Below are positions 21,141 to 31,011 of a stretch of DNA of 64,000 bases, piece after piece. Below the pieces are notes generated by a model. The model was not told the DNA's origin. It saw only the letters and a list, made by a program, of their open reading frames with translations, and made no database searches. Within the stretch, counting starts at the first letter, position 1. Every line of letters starts with the position of its first letter. The translations under genes and the position numbers were made by a program. Source of the DNA: a candidate division FCPU426 bacterium (lineage in GTDB: Bacteria; Oederibacteriota; Muellerivitia; Muellerivitales; Muellerivitaceae); the NCBI GenBank assembly GCA_963719085.1, contig CAVRAL010000001.1, positions 640,001 through 704,000 of the forward strand, written 5' to 3'.

Positions 21141-23009
21141 ATGATTCAGTATTCCTGGCTAATCCCGGCGCTTCCGGCCTTGTCGTTTGCCGTCATCGCC
21201 CTTTTGACCCGGCGGTCGAAAGGACTTTCGGCGGGGATCTCCATCGCCACCATGGCGATCTGTCTTTTGTTTTCAACGGTCGTCTTTTTTCAACTCTTGG
21301 GATTGGACTCAAGCCAAAGGTTGGTTTCCTTGAGTTGGTCCTGGCTCGCGGTTCCGCCTTGGGAAGCCCATGTGGGAATTCTGATCGATCCCTTAAGCGT
21401 CAATATGCTTTTGGTGGTCACGCTGGTTTCCTTGTTGGTTCAAATTTATTCTTTGGGCTACATGCGGGATGATGAGCGGTTTTCAACTTATTATTCTTAT
21501 CTCTCCCTTTTCACGGCCTCCATGCTGCTCCTGGTGGTTTCCAACAATTTCCTTCAAATATTCGTGGGTTGGGAATTGGTGGGCGTGAGTTCTTATTTAT
21601 TGGTCGGCTTTTGGTATTTCAAACCGGAGGCCGCGGAGGCCGCGAAAAAAGCTTTCGTGGTCAACCGCATCGGGGACGTGGGTTTTCTGATGGGAGTAGC
21701 CGCCATCGGCATGACCTTTAATACCTTTGATTTCGCCCAAGTTCAGGATTTGGTGGCCCATGGGGTGGCCAATGGGACTTATAAGGCCAGCTTTATCGCG
21801 GTCATCGCTTTGCTTCTTTTCTGCGGCGCGGTCGGCAAGAGCGCCCAGTTTCCACTGCATGTCTGGCTGCCGGACGCCATGGAAGGCCCCACGCCGGTTT
21901 CTGCCCTGATCCATGCCGCCACCATGGTGGCCGCGGGCGTTTATATGGTGGCCCGCACCTATTCGCTTTTTTCAGCTGATCCCATCGCCATGACCGTGGT
22001 GGCTTATGTGGGCGGATTCACGGCTTTGTTCGCCGCTTCCATCGCTTTGGCGCAAGACGACATCAAGCGGATCCTAGCCTATTCCACGCTATCCCAATTG
22101 GGTTACATGATGTTGTCCTTGGGGGTTGGGGGTTATACCCCGGGGATGTTCCATCTGACTACGCACGCTTGTTTTAAGGCCCTGTTGTTCCTGGGGGCGG
22201 GAAGCGTCATTCACGCGGTTCATTCCAACGACATTTGGAAGATGGGCGGCTTGATCCGGCCAATGAAAATTACGGGCTATACCTTTCTCATCGCGGCTCT
22301 GGCGATTTCGGGGATTCCACCCTTGGCGGGTTTTTGGTCCAAGGATGAAATTTTTTCCGCGATTCAGGCCAGCACGGTTCCGGGCCATGAACTGCTTTTA
22401 ATCACCGCGATCTTCACGGCGTTTTTGACCGCCTTTTATATGTTCCGTCTTTTCTTCGTGGTCTTCCTGGGCGAAGAGCAAGGGCACGGCGCCCATGAGT
22501 CCCCGGCGGTGATGACCGTTCCTTTGATGATTCTGGCGGTTTTGTCCATCTCGGTGGGCTGGCTGAATTGGCCGGGTTTAGACGCTTTCTCGAAGTTCCT
22601 TTTTTACGGGCCCGCGCCCCAGGTGGAAAGCTTTGACTGGGTTCTGGCTTCGGTCTCCAGCTTAATCGCGATTTTAGGGGTTTTACTTTCCGGGCTTTTT
22701 TATTATTGGAAAGTTTTCTCGGCCGAGAAAGTTTCCGCGACCTTTCGTCCGATTTACCTGCTGTTGAAGAACAAATATTACGTGGATGAGTTTTATGGAT
22801 GGCTGGTCAAAAAGTTTATATGGGGCTTGGCCGCGATTTTCAATTGGCTGGACACGCAGGTGATCGACGGGGGAATCGTCAACGGCTTCGGACGGGGAGC
22901 CCAACGGGCGGGTGGACTGCTTCGCCTGACCCAGACCGGTCTGGTTCAAAATTACGCCCTGGTGGTGTTGGTCGCGGTGGCGGTCATTTATCTCTTGGTG
23001 AGTTTCTGA
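21141..23009 (+). CDS. nuoL: Complex I subunit L
   Basis: GKSAQFPLHVWLPDAMEGPTPVSALIHAATMV; C-terminal QTGLVQNYA. Confidence 0.97.
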   Translation: MIQYSWLIPALPALSFAVIALLTRRSKGLSAGISIATMAICLLFSTVVFFQLLGLDSSQRLVSLSWSWLAVPPWEAHVGILIDPLSVNMLLVVTLVSLLVQIYSLGYMRDDERFSTYYSYLSLFTASMLLLVVSNNFLQIFVGWELVGVSSYLLVGFWYFKPEAAEAAKKAFVVNRIGDVGFLMGVAAIGMTFNTFDFAQVQDLVAHGVANGTYKASFIAVIALLLFCGAVGKSAQFPLHVWLPDAMEGPTPVSALIHAATMVAAGVYMVARTYSLFSADPIAMTVVAYVGGFTALFAASIALAQDDIKRILAYSTLSQLGYMMLSLGVGGYTPGMFHLTTHACFKALLFLGAGSVIHAVHSNDIWKMGGLIRPMKITGYTFLIAALAISGIPPLAGFWSKDEIFSAIQASTVPGHELLLITAIFTAFLTAFYMFRLFFVVFLGEEQGHGAHESPAVMTVPLMILAVLSISVGWLNWPGLDAFSKFLFYGPAPQVESFDWVLASVSSLIAILGVLLSGLFYYWKVFSAEKVSATFRPIYLLLKNKYYVDEFYGWLVKKFIWGLAAIFNWLDTQVIDGGIVNGFGRGAQRAGGLLRLTQTGLVQNYALVVLVAVAVIYLLVSF

Positions 23010-23049
23010 TTTTAATTTGATGAAGCGATTCGACTCGGAGGAGCGCAGG

Positions 23050-24627
23050 ATGCTTTCAGTATTGACCGTGATTCTTTTACCCTTGGCGGCGGCTTGGGGT
23101 CTTTTCCATTCGCCGGTTCAAGGGCCCAATGTCCTGCCGGTTTTGACTTCTTTTATTTTTATGCCGATCATGGCCGCTTTCCTCACGTTTTTCACTCCCG
23201 GGGAAAAAGCGAAATGGGTCAGTCTTTTTTTCGCTTCCGCCCAATTGGGGCTGGCCCTCAAGGTTTTTTTCCTCTATCAAACGGTTTTGGGCGGTTATCA
23301 GTTCACCGAGCAATTTCCCTGGTTGGAAGGCTTGGGCATTCATTACGCTTTGGGCGTGGACGGGCTGAGCGTCCCCCTGCTGATTTTGGTGGCCGCGGTT
23401 TATTGGGCCGGGGTTTTGATGTCGTGGAATGTGGCCGTTCGTCCCAAAGAATATTTTGTTTGCTTTTCCTTAATGGCCGCGGGCGCCGCGGGGGCTTTTG
23501 TGAGTTTGGACCTGTTCTTTTTCTTTCTCTTTTATGAGCTCGATATTCTGCCCATGTTTCTTCTGATTGGGGTTTGGGGGAGCGGGCGTAAACAATACGC
23601 GGCCACCAAATTCGCGCTTTATCTGGTGGGCGGTTCAGGTTTGCTTTTGGTTGGTTTTTTGGCGCTTTATTTCACCTCGGGCATCCATAGCTTTGACGTA
23701 AGGATTCTGGGCGACTTAAACCAAACGGGTTTTGGTTTGGCTTTTCAAAAAGTCTGGTTTCCGTTTTTGGCGGTAGGTTTTGGGGTTTTACTGGCGTTGG
23801 TCCCGTTTCACACCTGGTCGCCGGATGCCTACGCCTCGGCCCCCACGGCCGCTTCCATGATGAACGCCGGGGTTTTAAAAACCTTAGGGGGCTATGGATT
23901 GCTGCGGATCGCGGTGCCCGCGCTTCCGGACGGCGCCAAGGAATGGCTGCCTTTCTTCGCGGTTCTGGCCGTGATCAATATGCTTTATGCCGCTTTGGTG
24001 GCCTTGAAACAAAAAGACATCAAATATGTGGTGGCCTATTCTTCCGTCGCCCATTGCGGTTATTTGGTGCTCGGCATCTGCGCGCTTCAAACCACCGGGT
24101 TCAGTGGGGCGGTGATTCAAATGTTTTCCCAAGGGATATTAACGGCTTTCGCTTTCGGTTTGGTGGGGCTGATCGAGACCCGGACGGGAACCCGTCAATG
24201 GGATCAACTGGGCGGGCTTTCGGCCGCGGCGCCGCTTTTGGGCGGACTTTTCATGATGAATACCATGGCCAACGTGGGTCTGCCGGGCTTCAGCAGTTTC
24301 GTGGCGGAATTTATGGTTTTTTTAGGCGCCTTCCGCAGCGGGTTTCAGGGCGGTTTTCCGATCTTTAAAATTTTGTTTCCTTTGGCCGTTACGGCCATCG
24401 TGATCGGCGCGGTCTATTACCTGCGGTTAGTCCAGAATGTTTTCTTTGGGCCCCCGCGCCCTTCGCCGTCGGGATTAATCCTGAAAGATGTGAACGCGAT
24501 GGAGATTCTGCCCCTGGCGTTTCTTTTGGTTCTTTCCTTATGTGTCGGGCTTTATCCCAAACCCTGGGTGGATTTGGTGAATTCCAGCGTGGTTCCCCTG
24601 ATTGACCATATCGGAGGATTCAAGTGA
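23050..24627 (+). CDS. nuoM: Complex I subunit M
   Basis: LGVDGLS, FFLFYE, PFHTWSPDAY, GLPGFSSFVAEF; ATG 23050 after GGAGGAG. Confidence 0.93.
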   Translation: MLSVLTVILLPLAAAWGLFHSPVQGPNVLPVLTSFIFMPIMAAFLTFFTPGEKAKWVSLFFASAQLGLALKVFFLYQTVLGGYQFTEQFPWLEGLGIHYALGVDGLSVPLLILVAAVYWAGVLMSWNVAVRPKEYFVCFSLMAAGAAGAFVSLDLFFFFLFYELDILPMFLLIGVWGSGRKQYAATKFALYLVGGSGLLLVGFLALYFTSGIHSFDVRILGDLNQTGFGLAFQKVWFPFLAVGFGVLLALVPFHTWSPDAYASAPTAASMMNAGVLKTLGGYGLLRIAVPALPDGAKEWLPFFAVLAVINMLYAALVALKQKDIKYVVAYSSVAHCGYLVLGICALQTTGFSGAVIQMFSQGILTAFAFGLVGLIETRTGTRQWDQLGGLSAAAPLLGGLFMMNTMANVGLPGFSSFVAEFMVFLGAFRSGFQGGFPIFKILFPLAVTAIVIGAVYYLRLVQNVFFGPPRPSPSGLILKDVNAMEILPLAFLLVLSLCVGLYPKPWVDLVNSSVVPLIDHIGGFK

Positions 24628-26093
24628 TCCAATACAGCGCTTTCTTCACCGAGATTTGGCTGGTCCTCACGGCGATCGTGGTTTTGTTGGTCGATCTTTT
24701 TTTTGAGTTTGAGAATAAAAACAAGGCCTTAAACGGCATCGCCTTTTTGGGAGTCTCCTTGGCGCTTTTGACCCTGCCTTGCGCGGGAAGCCTTTGTTGC
24801 TCCGGGGTCTGCGCTTTAGGAACCCTGCCTGTGGAGGCTTTCAACGGATCCTTGAAGACGGATGGACTGGCGATTTATTTTAAACTGATCATTCTTTTGG
24901 GGACGCTTTTCACGCTATTGGCGTCTTTCCGGTATTTCAATAGTCAGGCCATCCGGCATCGGGCCGAATTTCTCGCGATCCTTCTTTTCGCCGCGGCCGG
25001 GGCCACCAGCTTGGCTTCGTCCCAAGAAATTATCACGCTTTACGTGTCCTTGGAAACCTTGACCATCAGCAGTTTTCTTTTGGCGGCGTTCCTTAAAAAG
25101 GATAAAGCCAGCAACGAGGCCGGATTGAAATATCTTTTGATGGGCGCCTTTTCTTCCGCCATCCTGCTTTTTGGTTTTTCCTATCTTTACGGATTGACGG
25201 GAACGACGATGATCGCCGAGGTGGGACAGCGGCTGGCCACGGTGCCTTCCAGCGCCATTGAAATCCTCGCCGTCATCCTGGTGGTCGCCGGGCTGGCCTT
25301 CAAAATCTCATTGGCGCCGTTCCATATGTGGACCCCGGATGTTTATGAGGGTGCGCCGACGCCCGTGACGGCTTTTCTGTCGGTGGTTTCCAAAACCGCG
25401 GGATTCGCGGCCTTCGTGAAGCTTTTTTGGGAAGGGTTGGCGGCGCCGGCGCTCACGCCGGTTTGGGTCGGGCTCTTTTCCGTCCTGGCGGCGCTCAGCA
25501 TGGTGCTGGGCAATTTAGAGGCCCTGCCCCAATCGAACCTCAAGCGTTTATTGGGTTATTCCTCCATCGCGCAAGCCGGTTACCTCATGGCGGGTTTTTT
25601 GGCGGGCGGCTCTTTAGGGTTAACCGCGCTTCTTTTTTATCTGATGGTGTATCTGTTGGCCAATATGTCAGTTTTTTTAACGGTGGTCATTGTCTCCGCC
25701 AAAACCGGAAGCGAGCAAATCGTGGATTACGCGGGTTTGTGGAAGCGGGCGCCCCTCTTGGGGGTGGTCTTAACCGTGAGCCTCTTTTCGTTGGCCGGTC
25801 TTCCGCCCTTCGCCGGATTCGCGGGGAAGTGGTATTTGTTCAGCGCCGCCGTTTCCAAGGGGTTTGTCTGGCTGGCTTTGACCGGGGTTTTGTTCAGCGC
25901 GGTCTCGCTTTATTACTACCTTCAAATCGTTCGCCAAGCGCTTCTGGTGGAACCCAAGGATTCTTCATTGATTGGGGTGGGGCCTTATGAAAAAATCGCC
26001 CTGGGGTTAAGCGTGGCGGCCTTGATTGTCTTCGGTTTTTGGCCGGCTCCGCTCATTCAAATCGCGCAAGCCGCCGCCGCTTCTCTTTTCTAG
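24624..26093 (+). CDS. nuoN: Complex I subunit N
   Basis: EAGLKY, FKISLAPFHMWTPDVYEGAPTPV, SLAGLPPFAGFAGK. Confidence 0.96.
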   Translation: MIQYSAFFTEIWLVLTAIVVLLVDLFFEFENKNKALNGIAFLGVSLALLTLPCAGSLCCSGVCALGTLPVEAFNGSLKTDGLAIYFKLIILLGTLFTLLASFRYFNSQAIRHRAEFLAILLFAAAGATSLASSQEIITLYVSLETLTISSFLLAAFLKKDKASNEAGLKYLLMGAFSSAILLFGFSYLYGLTGTTMIAEVGQRLATVPSSAIEILAVILVVAGLAFKISLAPFHMWTPDVYEGAPTPVTAFLSVVSKTAGFAAFVKLFWEGLAAPALTPVWVGLFSVLAALSMVLGNLEALPQSNLKRLLGYSSIAQAGYLMAGFLAGGSLGLTALLFYLMVYLLANMSVFLTVVIVSAKTGSEQIVDYAGLWKRAPLLGVVLTVSLFSLAGLPPFAGFAGKWYLFSAAVSKGFVWLALTGVLFSAVSLYYYLQIVRQALLVEPKDSSLIGVGPYEKIALGLSVAALIVFGFWPAPLIQIAQAAAASLF

Positions 26094-26113
26094 CCATCGC
26101 TGGAAAACAACGC

Positions 26114-26149
26114 AAACCCCGGCTATCCTAGCCGAGGGTTTTTTCTTTT
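26114..26149 (+). terminator. Terminator after the nuo operon
   Basis: AAACCCCGGCTA-TCC-TAGCCGAGGGTTT followed by a T-rich tail. Confidence 0.75.
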
Positions 26150-26189
26150 CAGGCCGCGCCCGCTAGGCGCTACTCCCAAGGAGGCGTTT

Positions 26190-27011
26190 ATGGGTTGGTC
26201 GGATTTCATTTTGATCGGCGCGGTTTTGGCTTACGGGATCGGTTGTGTCCAGTCCTTGCGCTATTTGGCCGATTTTGATCCCGCCTTGGAAAGATCCGCT
26301 TCGCGTTATTTAGTTTGGGGAATCGGATTTCAAGTTTTGTTCCTGGCTTTTTTGTGGATTCGCGAAGGCTATGCCCCCGTTACCAATCTTTGCGAGATAT
26401 TGGCGGTTTTGGCTTTTTGCCTGGGCTCGGCCTTGGCGTTGGGACGGCTTCGAAGCCCGGTACCGCTGCTTAGCTCTCTTTTTTTACCCTTCCTATTTCT
26501 TCTATGCGCCTTATCCCTAATCGCGGGGCTTCAGTTCAAAGGTCCCATGTCGGCGCTTTTGACCGATCCCTTTATCGCGACTCATATTTTTCTCACCCTG
26601 CTGGGTTACGCCTTCTTTACTTTGGGATTCGGGGTGGGAATCACCTATTGGCTTCAGGAAAGCCAGATCAAGCGCCATCAAATGCGCAAGTGGGCCAGTC
26701 TGCTGCCGGCCCTGGACCTTTTGGATGGATTGACCGTTTTTTACACCGGATGGGGATTTGTTTTTTGGACCGCGGGATTGAGTTTGGGAATTCTCCAGGC
26801 CGTGAAAGTTTGGGGAGGTATTCCCTGGTTCGATCCAAAAATTCTGGGTTCCTTTTCGGTTTTGGCGATTTACGTGGCCTTTTTCCTTTGTCGTTGGGGT
26901 CTTTCCATGCGGGGCAAAAAAACCATGGTGTTGATTCTGGCCGGTTATTTTTTAGCCCTCTTCACCTTTTTGGGAGTTCAGATCTTCCTGAATTCCCGCC
27001 ACATTTATTAA
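26190..27011 (+). CDS. ccsA: Cytochrome c assembly protein, CcsA/HemX family
   Basis: About 8 TM segments, conserved His (ATHI), LPALDLLD, WFDPKI, terminal H; usual position before hemA. Confidence 0.8.
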   Translation: MGWSDFILIGAVLAYGIGCVQSLRYLADFDPALERSASRYLVWGIGFQVLFLAFLWIREGYAPVTNLCEILAVLAFCLGSALALGRLRSPVPLLSSLFLPFLFLLCALSLIAGLQFKGPMSALLTDPFIATHIFLTLLGYAFFTLGFGVGITYWLQESQIKRHQMRKWASLLPALDLLDGLTVFYTGWGFVFWTAGLSLGILQAVKVWGGIPWFDPKILGSFSVLAIYVAFFLCRWGLSMRGKKTMVLILAGYFLALFTFLGVQIFLNSRHIY

Positions 27012-27035
27012 ACCGTCCATCACGAGAAGGATCCG

Positions 27036-28298
27036 ATGAAATTCCAGGTTTACGGACTTAACCACACGACGGCCCCGATTTCGGTCCGGGAAAAATACGC
27101 GCTGGTTCCCGACGCGGTGAAGTCTTTTTTAAAGGAATTAAAGCCCTTGGCGCCCGAGGCGGCCTTTCTGTCCACTTGTAACCGGGTCGAGTTCTATTTT
27201 CTTTCCGAAAACGACGAGCCGGTTTTAGAAAAAATTAGAAAAGGATTGAACCGGCATCACCGCCTTCAAGCCTCGGAGGCCCGTAAGTATTTCTACCGGC
27301 GGGAGGGCATTGAGGCTTTCCGGCACCTCTTCAGGGTCGCGGGCTCACTGGATTCCATGGTGGTGGGGGAATCCCAAATTTTGGGCCAGGTGAAGGACGC
27401 CTTCCGTTTTTCGATGGAATCGGGCATGGCGGGTTCCACCCTGACGGGAATTTTTAACCGGGCCTTCGCGGCGGCCAAAACCGTGCGCAGTCAAACCGAA
27501 ATCGCCCGGATGCCGGTGAGCGTCTCCAGCGTGGCGGTGAATTTGGCCGGCAAAATTTTTGATAGTCTGGAAGAAAAAAAGGTCCTTCTTTTGGGCGCCG
27601 GTGAAATGAGCGAGTTGACCGCCAAGTATCTGGCGGACTCCGGGGTCCCGGATTTTTGGGTGGCCAATCGGACCTTGGACCGGGCCAAGGCCTTGGCGTC
27701 CAAATTAAAAGGCCACGCTTTTTCCCTGGAGGATGGCATCCGTAAAATGGGGGAAGCGGACATCGTGGTGACCTCGGTGCAGGTCGACCAGCCGCTGGTT
27801 TCGACCGAGGCGGTGGTGACCGCCATGAAAGTACGCAAGGGAAAGAGGCTTTTTATCATCGACATTGGCGTTCCCCGCAATGTGGACGCTGAGGCGGGGA
27901 AGCTAGATCAAGTCTACCTTTACAACATTGACGACCTGTCCTCGATCGCCCAAAACAACCAGGCGGAGCGGCAAAAAGCCATCGCGGCGGCGGATGAGAT
28001 ACTGGACGGCGCCATCGGGGAGCTTTGTTCCTGGCTCAACAACCTGGAATTGGTTCCTACGATTGTGCGGCTTCGGGAAAGTTTCGAGAAGATCCGGGAA
28101 GGGGAATGGAATGATTTTTCCCGCCGGCTGGCGCATTTAAACGACAAGGACCGGGCTTTGGTGGAGCGCCTCAGCCGGGATTTGACGGCCCATCTTTTAC
28201 ACGACCCATTAGTGACCTTGAAAAACCTGCCGGACGCCCGGGAACGGTTTGAATACGCCAAAATGCTGAACGATCTTTTCAAGCTCTGGAAAGGCTGA
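27036..28298 (+). CDS. hemA: Glutamyl-tRNA reductase
   Basis: GLNHTTAP, LSTCNRVEFY, LDSMVVGESQILGQVK, GAGEM. Confidence 0.97.
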   Translation: MKFQVYGLNHTTAPISVREKYALVPDAVKSFLKELKPLAPEAAFLSTCNRVEFYFLSENDEPVLEKIRKGLNRHHRLQASEARKYFYRREGIEAFRHLFRVAGSLDSMVVGESQILGQVKDAFRFSMESGMAGSTLTGIFNRAFAAAKTVRSQTEIARMPVSVSSVAVNLAGKIFDSLEEKKVLLLGAGEMSELTAKYLADSGVPDFWVANRTLDRAKALASKLKGHAFSLEDGIRKMGEADIVVTSVQVDQPLVSTEAVVTAMKVRKGKRLFIIDIGVPRNVDAEAGKLDQVYLYNIDDLSSIAQNNQAERQKAIAAADEILDGAIGELCSWLNNLELVPTIVRLRESFEKIREGEWNDFSRRLAHLNDKDRALVERLSRDLTAHLLHDPLVTLKNLPDARERFEYAKMLNDLFKLWKG

Positions 28299-28300
28299 CT

Positions 28301-29233
28301 TTGAATCCTTTCTTTTTAGGAACCCGGGGAAGCGCTTTAGCCCTGGCCCAGGCCGAGCAGGTTCGGCTTCAAATGGCGGCGCTGCTTCCTCAAACTTCCA
28401 TCCAGCTGGAGGTCATTAAAACCAGCGGGGATCGTTTTTCCGCTTCCAACGCCCCCGATAGCGCCCTGGACATCTCCATTCAGGGAATATTCACGAAAGA
28501 ATTGGATGAGGCGCTTTTAACGGGTAAGATCCGCACGGCTATCCACAGCTTGAAGGATGTACCGACGGTTTTGCCTCAGGGGCTGCGCTACGGCGCCTTT
28601 TTAAAAAGAGAAGACTGCCGGGACGCGCTGATTTCCCGTGATGGCAAAAAATTCAGCGAACTGCCGCTAGGCGCCCGGGTCGGCACCAGTTCGCCCCGAC
28701 GGCAGGCCCAGCTGATGGCGGCCCGGCCTGATTTTTCGGTGACGGCGCTTCGAGGAAACCTGGATACCCGTCTTCGCCGCTTAAACGAAGGTCAGTTTGA
28801 GGCCGTTGTAGTGGCCGGGGCGGGTGTGAGGCGTTTGGGACGGGAATCCGAAATTACGCAGTGGCTGGACCCTCATCTTTTCTTACCGGCCCCGGCCCAG
28901 GGGGTTTTGTGTTTGGTGATAGGTGAAGGGGATGAGGAATTGACCCGGGCTTTGGGCCCTTTAAATGATAAAACAAGCCAGTTGTGCGCCACCGCGGAGC
29001 GTTCGTTTCTTCGCGCCCTACAGGGCGGCTGCCGGGTGCCGGTGGGGGCTTTGGCGAAAATCGATGGTCCCAGTTTGGTTCTTTCGGGATTCGTCGCGGG
29101 GAAAACCGGCCAAGCGCTCCAAAACCAATTATCAGGTCCCCTCGATCATCCCATGGAACTTGGCGTGGAACTGGCCCAACTTCTTCTTTCCCAAGGGGCG
29201 GGGGAAATCCTAAAAAATTATGGTCGACCCTAA
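28301..29233 (+). CDS. hemC: Porphobilinogen deaminase
   Basis: GTRGSALALAQ, HSLKDVP, GTSSPRR, RGNLDTRL, GGCRVP. Confidence 0.97.
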   Translation: MNPFFLGTRGSALALAQAEQVRLQMAALLPQTSIQLEVIKTSGDRFSASNAPDSALDISIQGIFTKELDEALLTGKIRTAIHSLKDVPTVLPQGLRYGAFLKREDCRDALISRDGKKFSELPLGARVGTSSPRRQAQLMAARPDFSVTALRGNLDTRLRRLNEGQFEAVVVAGAGVRRLGRESEITQWLDPHLFLPAPAQGVLCLVIGEGDEELTRALGPLNDKTSQLCATAERSFLRALQGGCRVPVGALAKIDGPSLVLSGFVAGKTGQALQNQLSGPLDHPMELGVELAQLLLSQGAGEILKNYGRP

Positions 29234-29309
29234 TATTCGCCAGCTTCAAGCCATGGGGTCCACGTCCCAAATGGACAAGTTTTTCCGTTTTCGCTAAGAT
29301 TAAGACACC

Positions 29310-30395
29310 ATGACCCCATTCCTCTCTAAAGCCTTGGACCCCCGTCTCTGGGTCTTGGTTTTTTGGCTGGCCGTTTTTTCCCCGGCGCGGGCCCAATATT
29401 TGGCCCAGGCGGTTTCCCAGGTGAACGCGGGCAACCAGGCTTTCCGAGCGAAGGATTATGGCTCCGCCCTTTTAAACTATCAGGCCGCCACCTATTCGGA
29501 TCCCCAATGTGGACCGGCTTACCAGGGAATTGGAAACAGTTTGTGCCAATTAGGGCGCTATTCAGGAGCCTTGAGCGCTTATGAATCAGCCTTGGCGTTA
29601 AAGCCGCAAGACCCCGGGTTGTTGAAAGTGATCGGCCAACTCGACGCCAAACTAGGATTAGCGACGCCCACACCCGCTCCGGCCGCCATGCCGCCGCCCC
29701 CGCCGCTTTTGGCCATGGCCGCGATTCCAACCCCCGTTCCGGCTGCCGCGACACCAGCCCCACTCGCGCCGTCGCCTTCACCCACCGTGGTTGTGTCCGC
29801 GCGGACGCCTTCGGGGGATGGCGGGCGATTTGCCTTGGTACCCCAGGGCGGCGGTGCCGGGGGAATTGGAAATCCATTTGGCGTAGGGTTGGGCGGGGGA
29901 GTTGGAGTGGGTTATTTTTTAAGCGATGATTTTTGTCTCAACGCCGGTTTTACCGGGTACCTTCTCAAGGATTTGGCCCATCTGACTTCGCCCAATACTA
30001 CGGGTCTAGCCAATATTTTAGAAACAAGCCTTGAAGCCACTCTGGGGTTTAAATACCGCTTGGCGCCGGGGGATATCCGTCCTTACCTCATGGCCGGGGG
30101 AGGGATTTCTTACTTGGTGACTTCAGCGACCACTTCCGGTACCTATATGGGCAACCCTTTCAGTGTTTCGAATCCCGCTTTAACCCGGATAGCGCCCCTG
30201 GTTCAGGTGGGGACGGGACTTGAGTTTATGGCGGATTCCCGCAGCAGCTTCTTCGTCCAAGTCCAGTGCGATATGATTTTCGACAATCCCGGGAGTTCGA
30301 CCGATATCAGCCCCAATGTAACGGCTACCCTAAGCACGGGGGGCGGAGTACTGGTTTATGTCCCTGTCCAAGTCGGATTCAACTTCTATCTTTGA
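29310..30395 (+). CDS. Secreted TPR, Pro/Ala linker and C-terminal OMP beta-barrel protein
   Basis: Signal peptide; TPRs (AYQGIGNSLCQLGRYSGALSAYESALALKP); RPYLMAGGG; terminal VGFNFYL. Confidence 0.7.
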   Translation: MTPFLSKALDPRLWVLVFWLAVFSPARAQYLAQAVSQVNAGNQAFRAKDYGSALLNYQAATYSDPQCGPAYQGIGNSLCQLGRYSGALSAYESALALKPQDPGLLKVIGQLDAKLGLATPTPAPAAMPPPPPLLAMAAIPTPVPAAATPAPLAPSPSPTVVVSARTPSGDGGRFALVPQGGGAGGIGNPFGVGLGGGVGVGYFLSDDFCLNAGFTGYLLKDLAHLTSPNTTGLANILETSLEATLGFKYRLAPGDIRPYLMAGGGISYLVTSATTSGTYMGNPFSVSNPALTRIAPLVQVGTGLEFMADSRSSFFVQVQCDMIFDNPGSSTDISPNVTATLSTGGGVLVYVPVQVGFNFYL

Positions 30396-31011
30396 TGTCC
30401 GAAGGCTCCTTAAGGCCTTAAGAAGTTACTTTAACTGTTTTGAAAACCCAATAAAAAAGGCTTTTTTAAAATCAAGCTGGGCAAGCCTTGGGTGATGAGG
30501 CGCTTTGAAACCCCCGTTTCGGATAGTCGGTGATGAAAAGGCTCCCAAGGCGTCTTGGACAAAGTTGGGAAGCGTTTCTAAGCGGTTGGAGATGGGTTTA
30601 GAACTGATGGATCCATTCTGTGACTCAGTTGATTCCGGATTGTTTTTAGCGCTTTTGATGAAGGTCCGATGATTGCTCCCCTTCATTTATCTTTCAAAAA
30701 AAACAGGTTTAAATGCAAATTCGGCTCATTTCGCGCATTTATTTTTGAAAGAGTCAGGAATGATCGCTCAAAAGGAATCCGCTCGAAGTCAATTCGCGAT
30801 TAGCCTGAAGAATAACAACTTAGCGCGTCAGTCCTTCAGAAGGGCCGGTTTTGGTTGATCGAAGAGCTAAATTTTAAGTGCGTGGGTTCTGTGGGAAATA
30901 GAATCGATTCGAAATAGAGTGAAAGCATGGGAGTCGCCAAGAATCCTGTTTTCGACGAAGATGGATGGGCCCAAAATGAATTTCATATAAGGTGAAAGGA
31001 ATGGATCAGGA

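Noticed and set aside
30396..31011. Cobalamin riboswitch, or the 86-aa and 61-aa ORFs in this gap
   Set aside because: No B12-box-like motifs recognised; the ORFs show no recognisable homology or protein-like features.
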